From: a virus
Virus record (IMG/VR): IMGVR_UViG_3300002039_000001
Coordinates: 1-64,000 of that record
DNA: 64,000 bases
Strand: one strand, 5' to 3'
Shown: positions 18,184-28,700 of the stretch, one piece after another
Position numbering within the stretch: the stretch's first letter is position 1
Layout of the letters: every line of letters starts with the position of its first letter
Translations under genes and position numbers: made by a program
Notes under the pieces: generated by a model
Database searches by the model: none
What the model saw: only the letters and a program-made list of their open reading frames with translations
What the model was told of the DNA's origin: nothing

Positions 18184-18690
18184 ATGGGTACATTCAGCCC
18201 CCTTGAAAATACGCTGTTGATCTGGCTCCCAGCAGCCAACGCAGCAGCAGACATCGAAGCGCCAACTCAGGCAGAGCTCGGACATGCGTCAGCGAAGAAC
18301 TATCTTCACGACGACGCGGTCACGACCTCTGAGTGTCTGATCCGTGGTGGCATTTCCGGTCTCGGTATCACCCCGACCACCGTCGATGTTTCCGATCTGT
18401 GTACTGCGCAGAACAAGACCGCACGTGGCCCAGACGATCTCGGTGACCTCACCATGACGTACTGGCGCGATGACACGAACAACCCGATTTGGGATGACTT
18501 CGCTGTTGACGCTTCCGGCCAGCTCTTCATCTTCGTCGGACCGAACGGTCACGCCGCAGGTCAGGAAGGCATCGCGATGGAACTCACCGGACTGAACCAG
18601 CAGTTCGGCGAAGCGTTCGACGAGAACCATCAGCAACACATCATCGCTTTCACCAAGCAGCGCCAGGTGACAGCTACCGCAGCGGCATAA
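18184..18690 (+). CDS. major tail (tube) protein (putative)
   Basis: 168 aa. RBS ggagaacaaacc upstream. Followed by a strong terminator, then chaperone-position genes and the tape measure. Confidence 0.6.
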   Translation: MGTFSPLENTLLIWLPAANAAADIEAPTQAELGHASAKNYLHDDAVTTSECLIRGGISGLGITPTTVDVSDLCTAQNKTARGPDDLGDLTMTYWRDDTNNPIWDDFAVDASGQLFIFVGPNGHAAGQEGIAMELTGLNQQFGEAFDENHQQHIIAFTKQRQVTATAAA

Positions 18691-18715
18691 TCCTTTTCGC
18701 CGATTGCTTTAAGTC

Positions 18716-18760
18716 GGAGTGGTGGTCCCGTGCTGGGGGCCACCACTCCTCTCGTTTTGG
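18716..18760 (+). terminator. intrinsic terminator after the tube gene
   Basis: GGAGTGGTGG (18716-18725) pairs with CCACCACTCC (18740-18749), with extra CCC/GGG pairs inside, then TCTCGTTTTGG. Confidence 0.65.
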
Positions 18761-18785
18761 TGTGGTGTCATGTAGCATCTTTGCC

Positions 18786-19541
18786 ATGACTGATACTCCA
18801 CCCAGCACACCAGCCCACGCCGCCCCGTTGATGCCTCCACGTCACCGGGCCACGCCGACGTTAGAACCGTGGGACATTATCGAACAGTTCGATGGGGCAC
18901 CCGAGCCAGTCAAGTTGTTCGTGGACCTGTCCGACGCTTCAGCGGCGATCAAGATCCTCGAGAAGCTGGTCGACGCGAAGGAAGAGATCGCGGCGGGGAA
19001 GATCATCCGCCCGGATTTGCACCGAAAGATGGTCGAGACGAAGGACGCAGCGATGGCTGCGGTGTTGAACGACCGGATCGACAAGATTGACGCGCAGGCT
19101 GTGGAGATTCAGGCGCGCATCGATCAGATCGAAAAAGAGTACGAAGACAAGTTGGCCGAGTCGGACATTATGGAGTTCTGGATTGGTTCGATCCCGGCGT
19201 CCCAGTTCGATTGGATTGTCTCCGAGTATCCGGCGACTGATGAGGAGAACCAGCAGGTCCTCGCCGAGCGGCAGAAGACCGAACCGGCGACCACGTTGGA
19301 GGATGTGGAGCGGGACACACCGTATTCGTTCAACAAGATTCCGGTCCCGTGGGTGACGAGAGCGTGTTACAAAGTCGTGTGGCCCGACAATCGGGTCAGC
19401 GAAGGCGATTCGATCACCGAGGACCGAATCCAACAGATATACGACACGTACGGTGAGGTAACCTTCACCGCGTTGTATGCGAAGGCCAACGAGATGCAGG
19501 CCCGCAACACGATCGTCGTCGAGGGGATACTAAAAGGTTAA
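18786..19541 (+). CDS. tail assembly chaperone (by position)
   Basis: ATG 18786. 251 aa, acidic and helical. Lies between the tube and tape measure genes. Confidence 0.45.
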   Translation: MTDTPPSTPAHAAPLMPPRHRATPTLEPWDIIEQFDGAPEPVKLFVDLSDASAAIKILEKLVDAKEEIAAGKIIRPDLHRKMVETKDAAMAAVLNDRIDKIDAQAVEIQARIDQIEKEYEDKLAESDIMEFWIGSIPASQFDWIVSEYPATDEENQQVLAERQKTEPATTLEDVERDTPYSFNKIPVPWVTRACYKVVWPDNRVSEGDSITEDRIQQIYDTYGEVTFTALYAKANEMQARNTIVVEGILKG

Positions 19542-19618
19542 AGGCCGACGCACGGTTCGAATCGCAACTGCGGTTTTGTGTCAAGGCCGGTATACCTCAT
19601 AGCCAATACTTGGGTGGT

Positions 19619-19996
19619 ATGCCCGGTGTGTGGACTGACCTTGACCGGTGCAAGCACGAAGCGTTCATCGTCCGCGAGTCGGATCGGTGCCCGCGTTGCC
19701 ACATGTTCAGTGACGAGTTCCCGACCGACATGGAAATTGACACGGGTCAGAAGGACGCCCCTTACGACATGGAGATGCATCGTTGCTGGTCGTGTTTCCC
19801 GTTGGACCAAGCGAGGGAAGAGGCGGAGCATCGGGAGAAGGAACATCCGACATCGCGTGGTTTGCGCGGCGTTGTGTTCCGTTGGAAGACGAAAGACAAG
19901 ACGACACCGACGATTGAACCGTTGGCTGTTGAACGTGAACCTATGCCGGAATCGTTGAAACGACGGATAGTCGACAAGCTCAAGTCATTGCTGTAG
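19619..19996 (+). CDS. zinc-ribbon protein in the second chaperone position
   Basis: ATG 19619 (TTG 19610 also possible). CKH...CPRCH...CWSC. Its frame is open back to 19457, which is the -1 frame relative to 18786-19541. Confidence 0.5.
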   Translation: MPGVWTDLDRCKHEAFIVRESDRCPRCHMFSDEFPTDMEIDTGQKDAPYDMEMHRCWSCFPLDQAREEAEHREKEHPTSRGLRGVVFRWKTKDKTTPTIEPLAVEREPMPESLKRRIVDKLKSLL

Positions 19997-20037
19997 CACC
20001 CCAAACGGGGGCGGGTGCGACAGTCCATAGTTGACCG

Positions 20038-23000
20038 GTGGACCGTCGTATTCTTGAGGTAGTCGTACAGGCATCAGGCCTCAACAAGCTCAACAGTGGC
20101 TTGGCGTCGACGTCGAAAAGCTTTCGTGCGTTCGGTCAGGAAGCAGCGAACTCCGTTAAGGGCGTCGACTTCGTTTCGGTCGGTACCCAAATCGAGAACA
20201 CCGGACGCAAGCTCAAGGTGTTGTCGGTCGCTTCCGCTGGTGCCATCGGCGCCACCGTACGGGTCGCTTCCCAGTACGAACGAGAGTTCTCGAAGATCCA
20301 AGGCCTCGTTGGTTTATCCGCGAACGAGGTCGACCGTCTCAAGGACTCTACGTTAAGTCTCGCCGGTGCTACCGCCCGGGCGCCGCAAGAACTCGCAACA
20401 GCGATGTTCACGATCCAATCCGCAGGACTTCGTGGACAACAGGGCATGAACGCCCTCGACATCGCTGCACGGTCGGCCGCGGCTGGGATGGGAACGACCC
20501 AGGCAAATGCCCGCGCGCTGACCGGTGCTCTCAACGCCTACCAATCAACAGGACTCACCGCCGCGAGGGCAGGTGACATCCTCGCCGCGACGGCGCGCGC
20601 CGGTAACTTCGAGCTCGCCGGTCTAGCCGGAGCGCTGGGACGAGTACTGCCTGTCGCGTCGACGTTGGGTGTCGGGTTGGATCAGGTCGGCGGCGCAATC
20701 GCGTTGCTTACCCGGTCGGGTCTATCAGCGGCCGAGTCGATCACCCAGATACGTGCCGTACTCAACAGCCTGTTAGCACCGTCAGAGGCGACCCAGAAGC
20801 AACTTCGTGCTGTCGGGTTGTCGATGGAGGACCTGCGGTCAACGCTCACCAACGACGGGATAGTCGGTGCGTTGAACCAACTGTTCGAAGCGTCAGGTCG
20901 GAACGAACAAGTATTCGCACGGATGATCGGTTCGCAGGAAGCGGTCGGCGCAGCGTTCAAGCTGACATCCGCATCAGCGTCGGAGTTGCAGGACACGTTC
21001 GGTCAGGTAGCTAACTCGGCTGGTGTACTCAACGAGGCGTTCGACGCGGCGGCATCAACTGAGTCGTTCAAGATGGAACAGGCGTTGGTGTCGTTGCGTG
21101 TCGCAGCGATCGAAATCGGGAACGTTTTCCTACCTGTCGCAGCCAAGATTGCTGGCGGCGTCGCCGCCATGACCCGCGAATTCGGTGAGCTTCCGCAGCC
21201 GTTGCAAACCGTGTTGGCGGGGATGCTCGCTGTTAGCGCAGCATCGTCACCGTTCCTGACCGTGTTCGGTCGGATCATCAAAGTCGGCGGTCAGGTAGGG
21301 CCGTCACTTCTCAAGGCCGGTGCAGGACTCTCCAAGCTCGCAGCAGAAACGACGACCGCTACCGCAGGTATCACCCGTGTCGGCAACATCTCGGCGAACG
21401 CGTTGGGTCCAGTCGGCTTGTTCGGCAAGACCGCACAAGGAACCGTTGTACCACTCGGCAAGATGGGCGCATCAGCGTCGACGTCGGCCGCTGGGGTCAG
21501 CAAGCTCGGCGTCGCATCTGCCGGTGCCGGTGGAGCAGTCGCAGCGCTAGCCGGGCTGATCATCGGAACAGCGATCGGTGCGTACATCGGTTGGGCCAAA
21601 GCCGCCGAAGAGACTCAACGTCGCGTCACATCATTCGACGAAGCACTCGCCCGAGTACCGGGCACCGCGCAGTACGCCGTCGCTGAACTGACCAAGGTTC
21701 AAGAAACGCTGTCTCGTCTCGACGACCAAGCAGACGAAACGACCGAAGGACTGTCCGGTGTTGAGAGCGCCATCTCGCAGGCGCTCGCCGGGTCACTGAC
21801 AGAAGAGGCCATCCGAAACGGGAACCTACTCGGTCTCACATTCGACGACCTCGCACAATCCGTACCTGACGCACAGAAGTCGCTCCTCGATTTCCGTGGC
21901 GTAGCCGCCCAGGTCGCCAACGATTACCAAACGGCCGGCGCCGCTGGCGCAGAGTGGGCAGCGATCATCCGCGACCAAATGGTCGTCGAGAACGAGGGCC
22001 TTGTCGACACGCTGTTGAAGGGCGTCGAAGCTGGCGTCATCTCCCGGCAGGAAGCAGCACGTCTCGCTGAGGAATGGACGAACTCGGCGGATGCGTTGCG
22101 TCGATCCAACGAAGAGCAAGACGCAGCAGCCAAGTCTCTGGTCGAGCTGGGTGAGGCACAAGGCAAATACTCCGACGTCCTGTTGCAAACGATCAAGGAT
22201 CAGAACACTGCCCTTGACGGCAGCATTGATTGGGTCGGTGTTAACGAAGACCTTCTCAGGATCTTCGGGACGTTGTCGATCGAGGCCCGCAAGTACGCCG
22301 GGGCGGTCGACGGTGTCGTCGACTCGTTGGACGGTTTGGATGGTGTCGGCGAGTACTTCGGGGACATCATCGAAGGTGGACGCGAATCCGCTGAAGAAAT
22401 CGAACAGCTCGCCGCTGAACTGGACGACCTCGACGGACGTGACATCGACGTCGGTATAGACGCAGACACCGACTCGGTGGAACGCGCCCTCGAAATCCTG
22501 ACCGACATGACAACCGAGGATTGGGAAGTCGCCGTCCGCGCCGATACCGACCGGATCGACGACGACCTTGCAACCACCGCCCTTTCGTTGGCGAAATTCA
22601 CTGACGAAGAAATCGTGGCGGTACTCGCCGCCGACGATGAACTGTTCAACGCGCAACTAGCTGTCGCGTTGCAGAACGTCGGCGTGTTCTCCACCGACCA
22701 CCTCGCCACCCTCATCCTCGACGCATCGCAACCACAGCGAGTACTCGAGGTGATCACTCGCACGTTGGGCCAACTGGCCGGTATCAACATCCAATCGAAG
22801 TTGACGGCACCGATCGCTGAGACTCGGGCGTTCGACGCCGCAGGTCGTAACGCGGTGGCCACGATCAACAGTCTGAACTTCGGGTTCGATCGGTTGGCTG
22901 GTGTCGCTCGTGCCGGTGCAGGTGAGCTCGGAAAGATCGGGACAGCGGCTAGGTCTGCTGGTGGCGGAGCGAAGTCGGCGGGTAAGGCAGCGAAGGAAGC

Positions 23001-25794
23001 GGCGGAGGAGATCGAAGAACTCACCGACGTTGTCATCCGCAACGAGGCCCAATGGGATACGTGGCTGGCGACGCTTGACGCTACGCAACGTGAGGTCGCA
23101 GAGACCGCGTTGGAAGAGGCGAAGCTTCGACTGTCGATCACCGAATCGGAGTCGGCGCTTAAGTCCGCGGCGGGTCAGCAGAAGGTGTACGCAACCGCAC
23201 TTGACCTGACGAAGGACAAGCTCGGGGATATCGCCGACGAAGCAGTGAAGGCCGCGGATGGTACGGAGGCGGCTGAGGACGCAGCGGAAGCGTACGAAGA
23301 TGCGTTGGATGATCTGGTCGACACGACCGAGGACTATCTCGACGCGGCGTCGGAAGCGGCGGCAGAGAATCAGGATCTTGCGTCTTCTTACGATCGGGTT
23401 CGTGACGCCATCGACGACGCCAAAGGTGCGTTGGAGGGGTACGCCGGGGTTCAGAAAGATTCGCTTGAGGCGGCGATCGATTATGAGGAAGCGGTCGACA
23501 AGCTAAGAAAGAGCCTGTCGGAGGCGCAGCCAGAGGAAGCGGAAGGTGACGAACCCGCAGTAGCGGGCGGTATTTCAGGTGGCACCTTAGACCTGGGGCA
23601 GAACTCAGGGCGCGATGTTGCTGAGGCGTTGATCGAAGCAGCAGAAAACGCGCAGGCCTATGCACTGTCGCTAATTGAAGCCGGTAACTCCGCTGAGGTC
23701 GCACGTGACCGGCACGCCGGGATGGTCGAAGAGATTCTCCGTGCCGCTGAATCAGCCGGGTTGTCACGTGAAGCGGTCAACGGTCTCGTCGGCGAAATGC
23801 TCACCATTCCCGACGCTGTCCTGATCCAAGCAGAAGTGGATGCGGGGGCAGCGCTGGACGAGCTCGCCGAGTTGAAGGGCGAAATTGATTCGTTCGACGG
23901 GACAACGGCCGAAGCGAAAGCAGTGTTCGACACGATCCAAGCACGGGCGGAACTCGTCGAAGTGATCCAAGAGGCGGAAGGTTTCGATGGTACCGAAGTT
24001 CTGGCGACGTTGGCGGCGGACTCGAACCCGTTCGACGCGACACTCACAAACGCCATCTTGCAAGTGGCTGGGTTCTCAGAGACCGAAGCGACAGCGTTGC
24101 TCGAAGCAGATGACGCGAACCTTCGATCGACCCTCATCGCCGCGCTGATCGAACTCGACGTCATCGACAAGAAGGAAGCGCGGGCGTTGCTCGTCGCGAA
24201 CAAGGGCGAGTTCGACGTAACTATGGCCCAAGTCCGGGCGCGCCTCGACGAAGTCGACGGTCTCCTAATTCAGTCCATCATCGATGCGGACTCGACTGGT
24301 GTGGAACGTGGCGTCGCTGAGGCGTTGATCATCGCCCAGGGGTTCACTCTCGGCGAGTACAAAGCCGAACTAACTGCGGACGGGTCGCCGTTGCAGGCAG
24401 AAGTGAACCGGCAAATCCTTACGTTGGCCGGGTTCTCCGAACGGAAAGCGACGAAGTTCATCGAAGCGGACACCGCAGCGTTGGACGACGCGATTCTGGC
24501 AGCGAACATCGCTTTGGGAATTCTCGACGCCGAAGAGGTATTCGTCGACATCAACGCGGATGACACCGAGTTCGAAGGCAAAGCATCTCGGGTCGAGCGG
24601 TTCTTCGAAGAGATGACGGGCCGGGATGTGACCGTGTCCGTGAACGCCGATGGCAACACCGAAGTGCTCGTCACCGCGAAGGAAGACGTCGAGGACCTCG
24701 ACGGTAAGGACGCCAAAGCATCGGTGACGGTGACCCGTAAGGACAAGAACGATCTACGCCGGTTCGCTCGCCGTCTCGCTGAGATCGGCGAAACCGACGC
24801 CGAAGCGAAAGTCCGTGCTGTGATCCGTGGCAAAGCTGACCTCGCGTCGCTTGTCACTGCGCTCGACAACGTACCGGTGGAAACCACAGCGATCATTCAG
24901 GCACGAGTCGACGGGACCGCTGACCTGTCCGGGTTGAAGAACACGATCGACGAGATCGCTACCGTTCACACGCTTGAGGTGTCGAGCAACATCTTCGATG
25001 TCACCAATGACGCGACCAGACTGGCGGAGGTTGCCGAGGCGGCGACCATCGGTCGGATCATGAACATTGATTCGAACATGCCGGCGGTGCAGGCGCAGGC
25101 CGAGGCGTTGAGTGATTCCGCTGATGACGCCACCGCTGAACGTCGACTCGTCATGACGACGAACGCGGCGCAAGCGACCGGCAAGGTACAGGGTTTCGGG
25201 CGCGCGGCGGACACGGCGGTCAAGCCACGTACCGCTGTGATCAATGTGGTGGTGAACGATGGTGGTGTGTCGGCTCGGTTGGATGGCATCGCCCGCAACC
25301 GGTCGTCGACTGTCACGGTCAACACCGTGGAGAATGTGCAGCGACGTGTGTCGGAAACGACGTCGTTCTCGTCTTCCAAGTCCAATTACCGTGGGTTTGA
25401 GCACGGCGGTTTTCAAGAAGCGTCACCGTCGCGTGCGTTCATCGCCGCTGCTCGCTCACCGATCCGTGTCATGAACGAAGGTGTCGCCAACCGGACCGGT
25501 GAAGCGTTCATCCCGTTGGTTCCAACGAGACGCAGCATCGACATTTGGATGGAGACCGGTCGAAGGTTGGGACAGATCGAAGCGTTCGAGGCGGGCGGGT
25601 TCTCATCGGGCACTGTTGGCCGACCGTTCGCAGCCGGTGGCGGGGGTCGTGGCGGAGACATGAACGTCGGGTTCGACATCGGCGTATCTGTCACCGCAGG
25701 CGCCCCGTTGGATCAGGTCGTGGCGGTAGTCGACCAAAGAGTCGACATAATGAAACGTGATGTCGACCGTGATCTGCGAGCATTGATGCCATGA
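20038..25794 (+). CDS. tape measure protein
   Basis: 1918 aa, Ala/Glu/Gly-rich with long helical stretches and a Gly-rich hydrophobic block (AGGAVAALAGLIIGTAIGAYIGW). Canonical position. Confidence 0.85.
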   Translation: MDRRILEVVVQASGLNKLNSGLASTSKSFRAFGQEAANSVKGVDFVSVGTQIENTGRKLKVLSVASAGAIGATVRVASQYEREFSKIQGLVGLSANEVDRLKDSTLSLAGATARAPQELATAMFTIQSAGLRGQQGMNALDIAARSAAAGMGTTQANARALTGALNAYQSTGLTAARAGDILAATARAGNFELAGLAGALGRVLPVASTLGVGLDQVGGAIALLTRSGLSAAESITQIRAVLNSLLAPSEATQKQLRAVGLSMEDLRSTLTNDGIVGALNQLFEASGRNEQVFARMIGSQEAVGAAFKLTSASASELQDTFGQVANSAGVLNEAFDAAASTESFKMEQALVSLRVAAIEIGNVFLPVAAKIAGGVAAMTREFGELPQPLQTVLAGMLAVSAASSPFLTVFGRIIKVGGQVGPSLLKAGAGLSKLAAETTTATAGITRVGNISANALGPVGLFGKTAQGTVVPLGKMGASASTSAAGVSKLGVASAGAGGAVAALAGLIIGTAIGAYIGWAKAAEETQRRVTSFDEALARVPGTAQYAVAELTKVQETLSRLDDQADETTEGLSGVESAISQALAGSLTEEAIRNGNLLGLTFDDLAQSVPDAQKSLLDFRGVAAQVANDYQTAGAAGAEWAAIIRDQMVVENEGLVDTLLKGVEAGVISRQEAARLAEEWTNSADALRRSNEEQDAAAKSLVELGEAQGKYSDVLLQTIKDQNTALDGSIDWVGVNEDLLRIFGTLSIEARKYAGAVDGVVDSLDGLDGVGEYFGDIIEGGRESAEEIEQLAAELDDLDGRDIDVGIDADTDSVERALEILTDMTTEDWEVAVRADTDRIDDDLATTALSLAKFTDEEIVAVLAADDELFNAQLAVALQNVGVFSTDHLATLILDASQPQRVLEVITRTLGQLAGINIQSKLTAPIAETRAFDAAGRNAVATINSLNFGFDRLAGVARAGAGELGKIGTAARSAGGGAKSAGKAAKEAAEEIEELTDVVIRNEAQWDTWLATLDATQREVAETALEEAKLRLSITESESALKSAAGQQKVYATALDLTKDKLGDIADEAVKAADGTEAAEDAAEAYEDALDDLVDTTEDYLDAASEAAAENQDLASSYDRVRDAIDDAKGALEGYAGVQKDSLEAAIDYEEAVDKLRKSLSEAQPEEAEGDEPAVAGGISGGTLDLGQNSGRDVAEALIEAAENAQAYALSLIEAGNSAEVARDRHAGMVEEILRAAESAGLSREAVNGLVGEMLTIPDAVLIQAEVDAGAALDELAELKGEIDSFDGTTAEAKAVFDTIQARAELVEVIQEAEGFDGTEVLATLAADSNPFDATLTNAILQVAGFSETEATALLEADDANLRSTLIAALIELDVIDKKEARALLVANKGEFDVTMAQVRARLDEVDGLLIQSIIDADSTGVERGVAEALIIAQGFTLGEYKAELTADGSPLQAEVNRQILTLAGFSERKATKFIEADTAALDDAILAANIALGILDAEEVFVDINADDTEFEGKASRVERFFEEMTGRDVTVSVNADGNTEVLVTAKEDVEDLDGKDAKASVTVTRKDKNDLRRFARRLAEIGETDAEAKVRAVIRGKADLASLVTALDNVPVETTAIIQARVDGTADLSGLKNTIDEIATVHTLEVSSNIFDVTNDATRLAEVAEAATIGRIMNIDSNMPAVQAQAEALSDSADDATAERRLVMTTNAAQATGKVQGFGRAADTAVKPRTAVINVVVNDGGVSARLDGIARNRSSTVTVNTVENVQRRVSETTSFSSSKSNYRGFEHGGFQEASPSRAFIAAARSPIRVMNEGVANRTGEAFIPLVPTRRSIDIWMETGRRLGQIEAFEAGGFSSGTVGRPFAAGGGGRGGDMNVGFDIGVSVTAGAPLDQVVAVVDQRVDIMKRDVDRDLRALMP

Positions 25795-28700
25795 CGAACC
25801 GAACGATCGACGACAAGTTCCTTGGAGCGGAAGCGGGCGACGGTTCCGACGTGAACCGGTACGCCATCGAATCAGCTAACGACGTCGTCGAAGCGACACA
25901 CGAATCGTGGCCGGAGTCGGGTCAGGTCGTCGCAACGGAACCCGGCGCCCGCATCCACCTTTTCACCTACCCAGATTCGACCGAAGGCCGGGCGCCAACA
26001 GCGGAAATCCCAGCGGTACCACCATCCGATCCGATCCCCGCGAACATCGAAGGCCCGTTGACCCTGTCCGGGACGTTCAACGTTGGGCAAACCATCACCG
26101 ACGCCGACACGGCGATCGACCGGACCGCCGACCAGTTCATCGTCCTCGACCAAGTCGCTGTCCCAGCGTCGCCGTCTGGTGTGTTGTGGGAACAAGGAAA
26201 CGGCACAGACGGCGCGTACTGCGGTTTCGTTGGCGGCGAGCTCGTGATCCGAAACGGTACTGGTGGCGACGCACGATTCGACGGTGAACTTCTCGCCGAT
26301 CAAACCGGGACGTTATACCTGCATCTGAACCCCTCCGCAGGGTCAATGTCGGCGTGGTGGTTGAAGGACGGAGATATTCAGGCGATCGCGTTGGGAATCG
26401 CATCGTCGGGTACACCGGGCGATTGGGCTGGGACGTCCGGGGGGTCGGTCGGTCAGGTCGCAGGGTCCGCGAACATCGAAGGCGGATCGGCGGTACCACC
26501 TAATGTTCGGGACTCGAAAACGGTTATGCGTGTCGGTGGCGGCGGATCAACCGTCGCGGATATGCCGAACCATCAGGCAGGCGACAAGCTGGTCACGATC
26601 GTGACGATGCATAACAACGGCCAATCAGGGGCGGCGACAGCGCAGCTACCCGGTGCGTCACGTCGACTGAACTTCAGAGGCAAGAATTCCGTGTGGGCAC
26701 CGGCCATGTTCATTTGGGAACAAGTCGCAACGTCCGACGACGAGCAGATCACGGTCACGTGCCAAGGCCCGACCAAGGATTGGCAACGATCGATTACGGT
26801 CATGGCGATAGAGAACGCTGGGCAGGTATCAGCGAACCTCGGCTCGGCGCAGGGCGCAGGTCCAAGCACGATCGGTTTCGACGCAGCCGACGCCGGGTCT
26901 GCGCTCGCTATTCACGTTCACTCATCGGCCAGCCCCGAAAACCTCAACGGTGTTCCGGGCGACACGGTCGCATCGCAGAACGACCCGGAGTATCGCGGTC
27001 ACCAAGTCGGGTACACCACATCGTTGGGCGCAGCCGTTGTTGGTGTGGAACAAGATCCGCACACATCGGCGACGATCTCGGTCGCTGGTGACGTCGTCAA
27101 CGAAGGACTCGCAGCGTTCAACGGGACGATAAACGAAGCACGGTTCTACAAGAACACGCCGCAACCAGGGAACATGCTCGCCGAAGGCGTGTTCGGAGAT
27201 CCCGGAACGCCGATCATCCCAGCCGCCGCCGCTACCACCTATGCCACCGGTTCACCATCGACGCCATGGCCGAACGCCGACCTCGGTCGAGTCCTCGAGT
27301 CGGTGCGCCCGAGGTTGGTTCAGTCACGTACTGGTGCCGGGTTGTGGGCCGCTCGTGCGTTCACTGTCGACGATTCCGGCCGCACCTTGTACGCGCCGAC
27401 GATCCACCGGTTCACTGACGTCGAAACGGACTCCGGGTTCGTGGACCGTCTAGGAGCCGCTGTCGCATCGTTCTCGGACGGTACGGACGTGAACACCGCG
27501 ATCGGTAACGGATGGCCCGTAGGTCTACTGCTGGAAGCTGTGTCGGTCGATGAGACGTCCCTATTCGGTGAAGCACGGTTGGATGTGGCGTCTATCCGGT
27601 TCTCGTGGGTTCATCCACCAACCGCCACTATCATCTACCCCGCAGCGTCATCGCTCGCAGCGACCGTCACCCCATCAGTGGGTTGGACACTCCTCGACGA
27701 CGATCAACAGTCGGCGTACAGGGTTCGGATCTGGTCCGATTACGACTCGGACAACCCGAACAGCAACGTCGTGTATGACTCCGGCCGGATCGTGTCGAGG
27801 TCCGCCCGATCGCATCAGGTCACACGACCATTGCTTCCTGACTCCGGTTACTACGTCGGCGTTCAATCCGAAGGCCTGCAGGTAAACGGGCGCGCAGCGG
27901 TAGCGAACTGGGTCACACACCAGTTCTCGACCGGTGAGGAATCAGCGGCACCGACGACTGTCGCAGCTCCGGTAGCGGCAGACAACGGCGACGGGTCAGT
28001 GACGATCACGGGTGTCGATTCGCACGCCGACCAGATCGGCACCTATGCACTGATCGAACGAGCATCAAAAGCCGAGCTCGACGCGGCACGTGTCGCGTCG
28101 GTTGAGGCGGCACCGAAACTTGTTGCGGAATCGTTCGACGCGCGGGCACCAGGGTGGATGACGACGAACTCGGTGAACGTACCCGCCGCGGTGCAGTACT
28201 ACGAATGGGAATGGTTCGGCCGGTTGAATTGGCTGGTCGAAGATACCCGCACACTGTTCGAGCACGGCGACGAAGAAAACGTTCGTGCAGGCATTTCGTT
28301 GTGGGGTCACCCGGAGAACTTCGATTTCAATCAGCCTCCACCGAACCCGACCCCAACATTGTTGGGCACTCCGCAAGCCGCTGGTGATCTTGTTGTTGAT
28401 GCGCTGTATGCGGGGGAGATCGGATACCGTGCGCGCCTTGACGCACCGTTGCAAACGATGACGTTGTCGATGTCGGTCGACGGTGGGAACACTTGGGTGA
28501 TCGCTCAAACGTGGCTGACCGGTGTCGTTGACCCGCAAGTCGCGGCGGTCAACGCCCCCATGTACCTCAACTACCGTCCCGGTGACCCTGACCAAGCGAT
28601 CAACGGTCACGTGCGCCGGTTCACGTTCAACGTCGACGGCACCATGTACGCCGACGTGGACATTGATCGGGACGCAACCGCCGACGCGGCGTCGTTCACT

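Noticed and set aside
19524-19541. GAG GGG ATA CTA AAA GGT TAA as a slippery site.
   Set aside because: It does not fit X-XXY-YYZ in the zero frame. It is reported only as an open-frame geometry, not as a demonstrated recoding site.
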